In this document: piece by piece, positions 8,293 to 18,103 of the stretch
How the letters are laid out: each line of letters starts with the position of its first letter
Numbering within the stretch: the first letter of the stretch is position 1
Virus record (IMG/VR): IMGVR_UViG_3300035458_000037
Span: 20,849 to 84,848 of that record
Direction: 5' to 3' (one strand)
DNA from: a virus
Length of the DNA: 64,000 bases
Translations under genes and position numbers: made by a program
The notes under the pieces: generated by a model
What the model was told of the DNA's origin: nothing
The model's input: only the letters and a program-made list of their open reading frames with translations
Database searches by the model: none

Positions 8293-8562
8293 GTGATCAA
8301 AAATATTATTACTCAATTAGTGAATATCGTTAGAGAAGATCCTGCTGAAATTTACAATAAAATTTACAATATGCGTGGAATAAGCACAAGGTCAAAAATA
8401 AGCATTATAGCCGCCTGTCTAAATGATCAAAAAAGTATTGATTTACACGATAAGGATTTGGAAACCCGATATCATGTAATCTATAGGATAATCAAGTCAT
8501 TACGGAAAACAATTAATAAAAAAAATGGTTGCACATCTGAGGAGAGTGTGTCACCGTTGTAG
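8293..8562 (+). CDS. hypothetical protein
   Basis: AAGGAG SD, GTG start. Confidence 0.6.
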   Translation: MIKNIITQLVNIVREDPAEIYNKIYNMRGISTRSKISIIAACLNDQKSIDLHDKDLETRYHVIYRIIKSLRKTINKKNGCTSEESVSPL

Positions 8563-8576
8563 TATGAGGCATTCTA

Positions 8577-8735
8577 ATGATTAAAAAGAAACCACATGTT
8601 TTTAGGCGACGGTTTATAACGATAAGAGTATCAATCCAAGAAAAAGAGATTCTCGTAAAAAAAGCCGAAAGTTTAAATAAGGATGTCTCTACGTATATTC
8701 GAGAGAAGCTCGAATTAACTAATAAGGAGATTTGA
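8577..8735 (+). CDS. ribbon-helix-helix (MobC/NikA-like) DNA-binding protein, not in ORF track
   Basis: MIKKKPHVFRRRFITIRVSIQEKEILVKKAESLNKDVSTYIREKLELTNKEI; ITIRVS..EK....A......S.YIR pattern; TGATG-coupled to ssb. Confidence 0.7.
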   Translation: MIKKKPHVFRRRFITIRVSIQEKEILVKKAESLNKDVSTYIREKLELTNKEI

Positions 8736-9217
8736 TGAGTAGTAATTCTTGTTTTCTGCACGGCTTTGTTGGTAAAGATTCGGAGTTGAAAATGACTCCG
8801 AGTGGAATGGCGTTGCTTTCTTTTAGTTTGGCTACTACAGAATCATGGAAAACTCAGGCAGGTGAAAAGAAAGAGAAAACACAATGGCATCAGATTAAGG
8901 TTTGGGGGAAACAAGCTGAAGCTCTTGAGAAATATGTAAAAAAAGGTATTGAACTTGTTGTTATGGGAAAGATTGAATATACGGAAGCTCCAGATAAAGA
9001 CAATCCAAACAAAAAGGTTTATTTTACGAACATCATATCAGACAAGGTTGATTTCTGTGGGAAGAGAGGTGATTCGTCTGGTCATAGAGAATCTCCAGAT
9101 CCAGAACCGCCTGCGCATATTCAGGGACAATCAAACGGTGGCTCGGATGATCGTAGACAATCTAGTAGTGCTCCTGCTTCACAACCTAATTACGGAGACG
9201 AGGATATTCCATTTTGA
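8735..9217 (+). CDS. ssb: single-stranded DNA-binding protein
   Basis: OB-fold motifs GFVGKD, FSLAT, TQWHQIKVWGKQAE; acidic DEDIPF C-terminus. Confidence 0.95.
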   Translation: MSSNSCFLHGFVGKDSELKMTPSGMALLSFSLATTESWKTQAGEKKEKTQWHQIKVWGKQAEALEKYVKKGIELVVMGKIEYTEAPDKDNPNKKVYFTNIISDKVDFCGKRGDSSGHRESPDPEPPAHIQGQSNGGSDDRRQSSSAPASQPNYGDEDIPF

Positions 9218-9252
9218 TATTTATACTAAACTTTGTAGATAAGTATTAAACA

Positions 9253-9280
9253 AAAACACCCACATGAATGTGGGTGTTTT
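9253..9280 (+). terminator. intrinsic terminator
   Basis: AAAACACCCACAT/ATGTGGGTGTTTT hairpin after ssb. Confidence 0.75.
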
Positions 9281-9294
9281 CGTTAGGAGCTTCA

Positions 9295-9843
9295 ATGGAA
9301 ATTGAGGAGTCAAACAATGGTGTATGTAGGTATAACGGATTCGTTGGTCACCTCGAACGTGATCCAGGCTGTGAAAATCCCAGGAACTCAAATGTGTTGT
9401 GTCACATGGTATGCGGTCATAAACGATATACCCTCGGTGATACTCACTCTTACAATTTAAAAGATTTTGATGGATGGGATTCTTTAGAGGCTAAAATTAA
9501 ACAAGATAGTCCTGGTTGTTATATCTTACCAATATATATGCTCGATCATAGTGGTCTCTGGATATCTACGAGATCATTTTCATGTCCATGGGATAGTGGG
9601 CAGATTGGATTTATTTATCTTTCCAAAGAAACATTCGAAGCAGAGTTTTCAGATACTTCAGAAGATCTTGCAGAATCAATTATGAAAGATGAAATAGAAA
9701 TATACGATCAATACTTAAAAGGAGAATGTTATGGATACATCATTGAGAATCAGGATAGAGAAGAGGTTGATAGTTGCTGGGGATATATAGGTCGCAGTAA
9801 CGCGAGATCTGCACTTCTTGACGCAATCCAACGCATTTCTTGA
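9295..9843 (+). CDS. acidic phage hypothetical protein
   Basis: YMLDHSG...WDSGQIGFIY...DSCWGY; AGGAG SD. Confidence 0.75.
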   Translation: MEIEESNNGVCRYNGFVGHLERDPGCENPRNSNVLCHMVCGHKRYTLGDTHSYNLKDFDGWDSLEAKIKQDSPGCYILPIYMLDHSGLWISTRSFSCPWDSGQIGFIYLSKETFEAEFSDTSEDLAESIMKDEIEIYDQYLKGECYGYIIENQDREEVDSCWGYIGRSNARSALLDAIQRIS

Positions 9844-9854
9844 GTGGGAATAAT

Positions 9855-10061
9855 ATGCAAGGTCATAAGCTTATCTATATCTCCAACCTGAAGAATGGTT
9901 TTATCATTGAGCCGGTGAAAGGTGACGATGAAGAAACGATTCCAGATGCGGTAATGGCGGCAGGTAAAAATGATAAAGAAAGAATTATTAATCTGTTAAA
10001 AGCAATATGCGATGAATTTGGATTTGAGTTATCCGATACTGTAATAGTATACGAGAAGTAA
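9855..10061 (+). CDS. hypothetical protein
   Basis: Fills the operon between neighbours. Confidence 0.6.
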   Translation: MQGHKLIYISNLKNGFIIEPVKGDDEETIPDAVMAAGKNDKERIINLLKAICDEFGFELSDTVIVYEK

Positions 10062-10062
10062 T

Positions 10063-10707
10063 ATGTATATACAATTAACAACTAGATGTAATATGGAATG
10101 TCCTCATTGTTGTTTTTCATGTACTAATCGCGGGAATGATATGACCAAGCGAACCTTTAAAAAAGCTTGCGAAATAGCATGTTATTATGGTGATACGATC
10201 GTATTAGGAGGTGGCGAACCGACATTGCATCCTTTATTTGAAGAATTCCTTGGAATAGCTATGATAGCTACCGCTAGAAATGATCTAGGTATTTATATCG
10301 CAACAAATGGAACTAACGAATACTTAACCCTTAACTTATTAGAATTATCAAAGAGAAGTGAAGGTCTTTTGTGTTGTCAAGTGAGTCATGACAATTATCA
10401 TGAAATGGATCTTGTATCAGATAAAGTATATGAATTAGCAGAAAAGTATCATGCCTTGAAACCAGCATATCATATAGCTGCTGCTGGTAGAGCTAAAGGA
10501 AAATTAGATGCAGAAAAGAGATGTTGCTGTGACGACTTATTTATCAATCCACACGGAGACGTTTATCTTTGTGGTTGTAGAATAAGTAAGTTATGTAATA
10601 TAACGCATAAGAAAAATATAAGTATAATAGAAAAGTATTATAATAATTATGATATTGAAGATAAATGCGAAAAATATGGAGACATATTACAAGCATTGTC
10701 TGCGTAA
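10063..10707 (+). CDS. radical SAM protein with short SPASM/twitch-like tail
   Basis: CNMECPHCC (CxxxCxxC), GGGEPTLHP, IATNG, C-terminal CCCDDLFINPHGDVYLC. Confidence 0.9.
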   Translation: MYIQLTTRCNMECPHCCFSCTNRGNDMTKRTFKKACEIACYYGDTIVLGGGEPTLHPLFEEFLGIAMIATARNDLGIYIATNGTNEYLTLNLLELSKRSEGLLCCQVSHDNYHEMDLVSDKVYELAEKYHALKPAYHIAAAGRAKGKLDAEKRCCCDDLFINPHGDVYLCGCRISKLCNITHKKNISIIEKYYNNYDIEDKCEKYGDILQALSA

Positions 10708-10716
10708 CACAAGAAC

Positions 10717-10751
10717 AAAAAACAAAAAGGTGCTAGCCCTTTTTGTTTTTT
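10717..10751 (+). terminator. intrinsic terminator
   Basis: AAAAAACAAAAAGG/CCTTTTTGTTTTTT inverted repeat. Confidence 0.7.
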
Positions 10752-10755
10752 AGCT

Positions 10756-10792
10756 ATGCAATTTATCATTGAAATATGTTATAATATATATG
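10756..10792 (+). promoter_or_regulatory. early-type promoter (copy 3 of 5)
   Basis: ATGCAA-18 nt-TATAAT, context TGTTATAATATATATG. Confidence 0.75.
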
Positions 10793-11017
10793 GTAGGGAG
10801 AGATATCTGTTAGGCGTATCTCCAAATACCAAAAGCAATACTGACTTGAATAAAAAAGGTCGCACAGTAATTGTCAGTGCCTAGTGGCACGGAAAGGGGC
10901 AGTAATGAAAGATAAAACAATACTTTCAGAGATAGTGAATCAGCCTAACTGGAGTGGAAGATGCAAGACCCATTCCAGTTAAACAAAAAGAAAGGGGGCT
11001 TAGCCCCCGGATATTTT
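10791..11017 (+). ncRNA. putative structured RNA or leader with a 25-codon ORF (10905-10982)
   Basis: Stems GGAGAGATA/TATCTCC, ACTGAC/GTCAGT, GTGCC/GGCAC, AACTGGAGTGG/CCATTCCAGTT, GGGGGCT/AGCCCCC between the promoter and dnaE. Confidence 0.4.
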
Positions 11018-11037
11018 AACTATGCAAAGGAGGTAAT

Positions 11038-14000
11038 TTGTATTGTGATATCGGTTTTCATACAGATCTCACTCTTGGTAGATCAGCGCTTAGATTTAAG
11101 TATCTGAAAAATTTAAAATTTAATAATCCAATAGCTATTTGTGATAACGGAAATATGTCTCAATTAGTAAAGAGTTTAAGTTTAAATAAAATGAATATTC
11201 CAGCCGTTGAATTATTTGTTACCACTTCATATAAAGCGAAATATAGAACGAATGATGCATTAAGATTTTTTGCATTTGATGATGAGGGGTATCAATCATT
11301 ATGTAAAATGATTTATATAGCAAATGTTAATAAATATTATGTGCCACGTATTGAAATACAGGATCTAATATTCAATGGAAACATTGTCTGCGTAGCAGAC
11401 AATGATTTTCTGTTTATAGAAGAATTGCCTATTGATAAAACATTTATTGCCATCAATGAAAGTAGTAACCCAGGTGACGAAATCTATCTTAAATATAATC
11501 CAATATTTTATTATAGCTCATACGCTTTGCATAAAAGAAGTCTAGATGCCATATCACTTTTATCAGAACGTCAATTCACTCATGACGGAAATGTATGGTA
11601 TTATGACGATTCGCATTATGCGATTGCATCTTTGATACCTGATGCAATTGCAAATTACAGCAATCTGCTGAAGAAGCATTCCTCTCCAATCATAAAAATG
11701 GAAGATAGATATCCAGTCTTTTGTCCAGAAGCCGATCAGCTTTTTGATGCATTAGTTGAATCAGGTTTTGATAGGAAATGTCCACAAACACCGCAGTATA
11801 GAAATAGACTTGAGTTTGAGAAGTCTGTAATCAAAAAGATGAAGTATGAAAACTATTTTTTGGTTAACTGGGACTTCATTAATTGGGCTCGCAACAATGA
11901 CATACCCATTGGACCAGGTAGAGGATCTGCGGCAGGATCATTAATTGCATATTGTCTCGATATCACCAAATTAGATCCAGTATCTAATGGATTGTATTTC
12001 GAAAGATTTTTGAATCCTGAGCGAATATCTCCTCCAGATATTGATACTGATGTTGACTCAGAAGACAGATCTAAGGTTGTTACATATATAAAAAATAAAT
12101 ATGGAAGTGACCATGTTTCGAAGATCGTCACCTTCACAGAGTTGAAGTCCAAGTCGGCCCTGAAGGACGCAGCGCGGCTGTATGCCATTGCGCCGGATGA
12201 GATCAATGACATCACCGCTCTCTTTCCGCCCGCTGTCTTCGGCGTTACACCACCCCTGGAGGAGGCCTATGAGGTTGCCGCTATCAAAACCTGGGCGGAT
12301 GCACATCCAGGGGTCTGGAAGGACGCCAGGGAGCTGGAAGGGTTCGTCCGGGGAACTGGCGTGCATGCCGCTGGTGTGGTGATCGCTCCCAAGAAGCTGA
12401 ATGAAATAGTTGGAGTGAACACAATAGATGGTGAAGAAATATGTCAGTTGGATAAGGATGATGCAGAAAAGTTTGGACTTCTCAAATTAGATTTGCTTGG
12501 ATTAGAAACACTTCATTTGATTAAATCGACTCTTACGAAGATTGGTAAATCGTATTATTCAATGGAGGATATATCGCTTAACGACGCAAGCGTCATTAAA
12601 CGGTTCGCGTCTGGTGACACTCATGGCATATTCCAATTTGAATCCGACAATATGCGCAAGCTGCTTGTGAGAGTCAATCCCACATCATTTGCCGATATTG
12701 CTGCTGTAACCGCTCTTTATCGTCCCGGCCCACTTACATCAGGGCTTACAGAAGATTACATTAAGAATAAAAATTCTGAGAATCCCGAATATTCATTTCC
12801 TGAATTCAAAGATTTATTATCTGAGACTTATGGAATCTTTGTTTATCAAGAACAAGTTATGCTTGTGTCTCAGGTAATATCAGGATTTAGTTTGTCTCGT
12901 GCTGATACTTTGCGAAAAGCTATAGGTAAAAAGAATAAAGAATTGATGATAGTTCTTGAACGCGAGTTTATTGATGGAGCTGTTAATAAAGGATACAACG
13001 AAGTTGATGTTACAAAACTATGGAATCAAATATTGAAGTTTGCAGATTATTGTTTCAACAAATCACATTCATATGCATACACAATGTTATCGTATTGGTC
13101 AATGTATCTGAAAGTATATCATACCAATGAATTCATAGCTGCGAAACTTTCTTGTGACATGAAAGATACTTCTGAATTGAGAAAAGATTTTTATGAATTT
13201 AAAAAAGATACAGAATTCTTTGATCCATGTATTAATAAATCAGATGAATCATTCGTTCTCTCTGAAAGTACGGGCGTCATGATAGGTTTAGGAGCTATCA
13301 AAGGATTAGGTAATCTAGGAAAGGAGATTATCAAATATAGGCCATATGATAAAATTGCACAATTCTTTGATAAGGTTAAGATAGATAAGTCTCAATTGAT
13401 ATCTTTGATTTATGCTGGTGCTTTTGATTGTTTTGAGAAAGATAAAAGTGTCTTACTAGGTAATGTAGAAAGATTCTTAAAGTTTAATAAGGATAAATCC
13501 CATTCGACAATCATTGAGCTTTTTGATCCGAGCGATGTCTTCGACCTGGACCTGTCGAAGTGCCAAATCCCGCCCGACGCAAGCACCATGGAAAGGGCCT
13601 GCTATGGCTTCAATCTGCGCCATGGGTTCATCAATGAGCGGAGGTGGGTGGTTGAGCACCTGAAGGATAATCACGTCGTAGGGACTATTACAGACGTGAA
13701 GCGCACAAAAACCAAAAAGAGTAAGGAGGATATGGCTATAGTATCAATCTATACTCATAATAAAACAATGAAGGTTTTGTTATTTGGTCAAGAATATGAA
13801 AAGTATAATAATCTGCTGGTGAAAGAAACAACATGTGGATTTACTGGGGAGCTAAAAGAAGGAGAAGAACCAACGATATTTGTTACAAAGATGTGTGACG
13901 AATGTAGTATTAAAATTACTCGTGCAGATGTAACTATAAAGTTATCCGCAAGCAATGAGAGATTAAAAGAGAGATTTGATTTATTGATGTCTACACACGA

Positions 14001-14151
14001 GAATGGCGATACAACAATGTCATTGTTTAAGTCTAATGCCATAGGAGAAGCTGAATATGTCTATGATTACGAAAGAAAAATATTATATAATAGAGCCTTA
14101 CATTCATTTCTCAAGGATACAAAATTTGAGATTGTGTTAGAAATTTTCTAG
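11038..14151 (+). CDS. dnaE: DNA polymerase III alpha subunit (family C)
   Basis: GPGRGSAAGS, FERFLNPER, PDIDTD, HAAGVVI, KLDLLGL, YQEQVM, FNKSH; TTG start with AAAGGAGGT SD; PHP metal ligands look degenerate. Confidence 0.97.
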   Translation: MYCDIGFHTDLTLGRSALRFKYLKNLKFNNPIAICDNGNMSQLVKSLSLNKMNIPAVELFVTTSYKAKYRTNDALRFFAFDDEGYQSLCKMIYIANVNKYYVPRIEIQDLIFNGNIVCVADNDFLFIEELPIDKTFIAINESSNPGDEIYLKYNPIFYYSSYALHKRSLDAISLLSERQFTHDGNVWYYDDSHYAIASLIPDAIANYSNLLKKHSSPIIKMEDRYPVFCPEADQLFDALVESGFDRKCPQTPQYRNRLEFEKSVIKKMKYENYFLVNWDFINWARNNDIPIGPGRGSAAGSLIAYCLDITKLDPVSNGLYFERFLNPERISPPDIDTDVDSEDRSKVVTYIKNKYGSDHVSKIVTFTELKSKSALKDAARLYAIAPDEINDITALFPPAVFGVTPPLEEAYEVAAIKTWADAHPGVWKDARELEGFVRGTGVHAAGVVIAPKKLNEIVGVNTIDGEEICQLDKDDAEKFGLLKLDLLGLETLHLIKSTLTKIGKSYYSMEDISLNDASVIKRFASGDTHGIFQFESDNMRKLLVRVNPTSFADIAAVTALYRPGPLTSGLTEDYIKNKNSENPEYSFPEFKDLLSETYGIFVYQEQVMLVSQVISGFSLSRADTLRKAIGKKNKELMIVLEREFIDGAVNKGYNEVDVTKLWNQILKFADYCFNKSHSYAYTMLSYWSMYLKVYHTNEFIAAKLSCDMKDTSELRKDFYEFKKDTEFFDPCINKSDESFVLSESTGVMIGLGAIKGLGNLGKEIIKYRPYDKIAQFFDKVKIDKSQLISLIYAGAFDCFEKDKSVLLGNVERFLKFNKDKSHSTIIELFDPSDVFDLDLSKCQIPPDASTMERACYGFNLRHGFINERRWVVEHLKDNHVVGTITDVKRTKTKKSKEDMAIVSIYTHNKTMKVLLFGQEYEKYNNLLVKETTCGFTGELKEGEEPTIFVTKMCDECSIKITRADVTIKLSASNERLKERFDLLMSTHENGDTTMSLFKSNAIGEAEYVYDYERKILYNRALHSFLKDTKFEIVLEIF
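12121..12400. other. GC-rich island inside dnaE with a convergent CCCCTGGA/TCCAGGGG pair
   Basis: Hand counts: 35/60 and 40/60 G+C in lines 12121 and 12301 vs 18/60 in line 12061; motifs at 12253 and 12306. Confidence 0.85.
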
Positions 14152-14195
14152 ATTAATAGGGATTCGTGATAATATGAATAGCTGAGGTCAAGCGC

Positions 14196-15107
14196 ATGAC
14201 TGTATATAACATTACGGAAGTTCCGCAATCTACAACAGCCCCAGCTATTCGAAATGATATTCCTGTATTTATTGGAAAGTCTTCGATACTTAATCATAAA
14301 TCAATAAGTTTTATTAATGGCGATTATACAAAAGCAACATTATCACTTGATGTTTCTGTGCAACAATTTAATGAAAACTTTGTAATTTCATATTGGCGTG
14401 ATTTAGTAACTCCATTTAATGCAACTACATTAGTAAATGGACAAACATTAATCAGTGTCAATGCAACGGTTGTTGCAAATTTGGATGCGACAAAGTTGAT
14501 ATTTGCTCTGATTGATAATAGTGGAACATTACTGTTCACATCTCCCGTAAGTAATATAGTTTTTTCTCCAGATAATACAAAAGTATTAAGCGTAATAATC
14601 AAAGATCCACTTGTAGTTAGCACACAAACAAAAGGCTCTATCTTAGGAATAGCGCAGGAAAGTATACCTTATACTTACAGCATGATTACTAAAGTTTATA
14701 CTTTGAATTATACCCCGTTATCTTCTGTGACTGGACTATCTGTAGTGACTTCGAAATCATATGTTGAATATGAGACTCTCAATACAAGTGATTATTCTGT
14801 AATCACAGATGAATCTGTGATTACAGAGTCCAACCAAGATATTTTACGTGGTCTCAATGCATCAGAGCAAGCTGTCGTCATTCCAGCTTACTCTGATGCA
14901 GATATTTCAAATGTAATTAATATTTTAAATATCCTAACTCCAGGATATTATATTACCCCGATAGGAATGTCGGATACTTTTAATTTAGCTATTGCAAACT
15001 ATGTAAAAAGTATTACTAAAAGTAAACCTTATTCAGCTGTATTACCGCCTGCTGCAATAGTAACTCAAAATACATTAGTAAGTGGTGCTACATATGTCAA
15101 ATCTTAA
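14196..15107 (+). CDS. virion protein, probable paralog of the tail-sheath N-terminal half
   Basis: N-terminal IPVFIG vs LPCLVG, and C-terminal TLVSGATYVKS vs TLTSATYTKS of 30045-31016. Confidence 0.6.
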   Translation: MTVYNITEVPQSTTAPAIRNDIPVFIGKSSILNHKSISFINGDYTKATLSLDVSVQQFNENFVISYWRDLVTPFNATTLVNGQTLISVNATVVANLDATKLIFALIDNSGTLLFTSPVSNIVFSPDNTKVLSVIIKDPLVVSTQTKGSILGIAQESIPYTYSMITKVYTLNYTPLSSVTGLSVVTSKSYVEYETLNTSDYSVITDESVITESNQDILRGLNASEQAVVIPAYSDADISNVINILNILTPGYYITPIGMSDTFNLAIANYVKSITKSKPYSAVLPPAAIVTQNTLVSGATYVKS

Positions 15108-16539
15108 AAAGATTGTCAAACCACAACATCATCAATCTGAAGCTGTAGAACAACTTGATAAGTCTAACTCTATCATTGCGTATCATGGTTTAGGCTCCGG
15201 TAAAACTCTTACTTCTATTTTGGCAGCAGAGGAAGCTAAGGGGCCAAAACTTATATTAGCTCCCGCTTCTCTCCTGGGCAATTATCGTAAAGAATTAAAG
15301 AAGTTTAATGTGGACGATAAAGATTATCATTTACTTTCTTACGAAAGATTTAGGAAAAATCCAGAACATTACATTGATAAAATCAAACCATCCATAATGA
15401 TTGCAGATGAGTTTCATAGAACTCAAAATGTTGATTCGATAACTGGAGAAGCTATTCGAAGGACAAGGCCCAAAGTTAAAAAGTTTATGGGTCTCACTGG
15501 CACTATTGCTCAAAATCGTCCTTCTGAAATTGGTTCATTGGTTAATACTGCAACAGGACAACCGCTATTAGGTAAAGATGAAAATGAATTTAATCAGCGC
15601 TTTGTAGCAGAGCGGCGTATCAGTCCAGGTATTATTGGAAGGTTACTTGGTAGAAGACCTGGCGTAGTAGAAGAAGCTAAAAATCTTGATAAGTTTAAAA
15701 AAATCACTCAGCCTTATGTAAACACATTCGCTGGCGATGAAGAATACATGAAGCACATTCCAAAGGTAACTCGCAATGTAGTGCGAATACCTATGAATAA
15801 AGAGCAGAATAGAATTTATGATTATACATTTAATGATGTTCCTGCTTGGATCAAATTTAAAATTAAGAATAATCTCCCTCCATCTAAACAAGAATCTAGA
15901 AATTTAAATGCTTTCCTTTTAGGATCTAGACAAGCGAGTAATTCACTTCAACCTTTTGGTGAATATGAAAGCACTCCAAAGCTTCGTGCTGTAGTTCATG
16001 ATATTGAATCAGGTATAAAGGGTGATCCCAATTTTAAGGGAGTTGTTTATAGCAACTTCTTGGAAGCTGGCTTAAAGCCACTTGCATCAAAATTGAAAAA
16101 ACATAATATTCCATACGGAATGTTTACCGGAGAACAACCTGATGTTGAACGTAATCAAATGGTGCAAGACTACAACAAAGGTAAATTAAAATCGCTTCTC
16201 ATATCGCCCGCAGGTGGGGAAGGCTTGGATTTAAGAGGCACCAAGTACATGGGTATTCTTGATCCAGGGTGGAACCCCGCGAAGACAGAACAAGCTATCG
16301 GGCGGGCAGCGCGGTTCAAATCTCATGAACATCTACCGGAAAATGAACGCACTGTCACTGTAAAACAGTATTTATCAGAACCACGATTGGGTCTTGTCGG
16401 TAAGATAAAAAAGATCTTCCGGCCCGATACTCATGCGATTGGCACGGACGAGTACATTTACAACAGGGCTCAAGAGAAAGCTCGGTTGAATCAGCAGTTC
16501 ACGAATGCGCTTAAAGCACCAGGTGTCCCAGTTGAGTAA
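15094..16539 (+). CDS. SNF2-family ATPase/helicase within the virion module
   Basis: GLGSGKT, DEFH, TGT, GGEGLDL, WNP..EQAIGRAAR. Confidence 0.9.
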   Translation: MSNLKKIVKPQHHQSEAVEQLDKSNSIIAYHGLGSGKTLTSILAAEEAKGPKLILAPASLLGNYRKELKKFNVDDKDYHLLSYERFRKNPEHYIDKIKPSIMIADEFHRTQNVDSITGEAIRRTRPKVKKFMGLTGTIAQNRPSEIGSLVNTATGQPLLGKDENEFNQRFVAERRISPGIIGRLLGRRPGVVEEAKNLDKFKKITQPYVNTFAGDEEYMKHIPKVTRNVVRIPMNKEQNRIYDYTFNDVPAWIKFKIKNNLPPSKQESRNLNAFLLGSRQASNSLQPFGEYESTPKLRAVVHDIESGIKGDPNFKGVVYSNFLEAGLKPLASKLKKHNIPYGMFTGEQPDVERNQMVQDYNKGKLKSLLISPAGGEGLDLRGTKYMGILDPGWNPAKTEQAIGRAARFKSHEHLPENERTVTVKQYLSEPRLGLVGKIKKIFRPDTHAIGTDEYIYNRAQEKARLNQQFTNALKAPGVPVE

Positions 16540-18094
16540 CGAAATTTTCAATCTCTTGCCATCGTTTTATCGCGATGTATTTGTTGACTCTAATGGTCGG
16601 AGTCTGATCCTCCCGTTACTCCAACAATATGCAAACTATATGGGCGATTTATTTTACAGGATGCAACAAACTGCGTCTGTAAGATCACTTGAATTATGTC
16701 CTGCGGTCATTGAGGAAAGACTTAAAACAATAGATATTTCAAATGCAAATCTTGATACAACGTATTCTGGACAAAGATTTTTTATCAAATCAAGCATTGT
16801 CGCTTATGATAAACTTTATTATGATTATTTATTTCTTAATCCAGTAAATATTAATTATACAATTACAGTTGATGAGGTTAATCAAAAGACATATATTGAA
16901 TTTAACACACCGATCGATCAGAAATATTTGACTCTATATGCACCAATTGCATATCATAATCCAAATCTAGTGCGTGATCTTTATGGTAAATTATTAAACT
17001 ATCAAACTGTAACTTATGTATATACAAGTCTCGAAGACTTTATATATAGCGTAGAAGTATACAGACAGCAATTACTAGCTATTTTATTTGGTATGCGCCA
17101 TACAACCAGCTTGAATAATGTAGCTCAATGCATAGGATTATGGCTTGGATTACAATACGCCCCATACGACGGATTTGTTAACGCAATAAGTGCAGATTCT
17201 ATTAGTATTGAAAATCTTCTTGATGGAACTACTACTACAATTACAGCTACAGGTGAAATAGATACAGTAAACTATTATATTGGCAAAAGGGTTTCTAAGT
17301 ATGATATACTTCAAATCCAGCACTATAAAGTTTATGATATTTTCTCTGATCCTGCTCGCTTTACTCAATTGCTTCTTCAGGATAGTGGAGCGGTATTGCT
17401 CTCGTTATTGGCGATAGATATTAATAACAAAGAGAAATACGCTTCATTATTCTTTGATAAAAACATTTTATTTGATTCTGCAAATTTGTATTGGGATATG
17501 GGTAATAATACTGGTGTATCACCAGACCCAACCGACGCCACTGTATATCCTGAAGTTTGGATGAGTTTGTTTGTTACAAATTTCAGTGCATATGTTGATT
17601 CAAGATGGCAAAGTCAAAAACTTTATGAGATGTTTAGAAATGTTTTCATAGTTGAATTAGATCTTTCTCTGCAAGGAAATATTTCTACGTTGAAACCTTT
17701 TATATCAATATTGTTGAATATAATCAAATCAAGCAAGACCAAGTATTTGATTCCAGCTCCAGTAACAACTCCAATTGAGCCTTACTTTGGATTGGTCACT
17801 ATTTGGGATATGTCAGTTTATCCTCCAACGAAAGTATTTGATGCGTGGGATGATCTTGCTCAATATTATGTAACTAATGTTAATTTACCATTTAATAAAC
17901 CTCCTCACAATATTAACTGGAAATATGATTTTACAACTAATATGCTAGATGGATCTCCAGAAGTGTTAGTTGCCGATTATCTTGGATTAACAGATGTTCC
18001 AATGACATATAGCACTAGCGTAAAATCTGATTGGGAAGATTGGATTCCATATGGAAGAAGTTATGTTAACCTGTCAGCGGAATTTAATTCATAG
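16532..18094 (+). CDS. putative baseplate wedge-type protein
   Basis: LLPSFYRD start, YRQQL.AI..G...T..N motif, position in the tail module; start uncertain (16505 or TTG 16532). Confidence 0.5.
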   Translation: MSNEIFNLLPSFYRDVFVDSNGRSLILPLLQQYANYMGDLFYRMQQTASVRSLELCPAVIEERLKTIDISNANLDTTYSGQRFFIKSSIVAYDKLYYDYLFLNPVNINYTITVDEVNQKTYIEFNTPIDQKYLTLYAPIAYHNPNLVRDLYGKLLNYQTVTYVYTSLEDFIYSVEVYRQQLLAILFGMRHTTSLNNVAQCIGLWLGLQYAPYDGFVNAISADSISIENLLDGTTTTITATGEIDTVNYYIGKRVSKYDILQIQHYKVYDIFSDPARFTQLLLQDSGAVLLSLLAIDINNKEKYASLFFDKNILFDSANLYWDMGNNTGVSPDPTDATVYPEVWMSLFVTNFSAYVDSRWQSQKLYEMFRNVFIVELDLSLQGNISTLKPFISILLNIIKSSKTKYLIPAPVTTPIEPYFGLVTIWDMSVYPPTKVFDAWDDLAQYYVTNVNLPFNKPPHNINWKYDFTTNMLDGSPEVLVADYLGLTDVPMTYSTSVKSDWEDWIPYGRSYVNLSAEFNS

Positions 18095-18103
18095 GAGGAT
18101 AGC

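Noticed and set aside
8097-8300. N-terminal extension of the holin-like ORF given in the track
   Set aside because: It spans the divergent promoter region; an SD supports a start at 8096 or 8084.
11038-14151. Intein or intron in dnaE (also considered for terL and the helicases)
   Set aside because: Lengths are normal, I saw no C...HN splice motifs, and the GC islands stay in frame and encode ordinary domain sequence.
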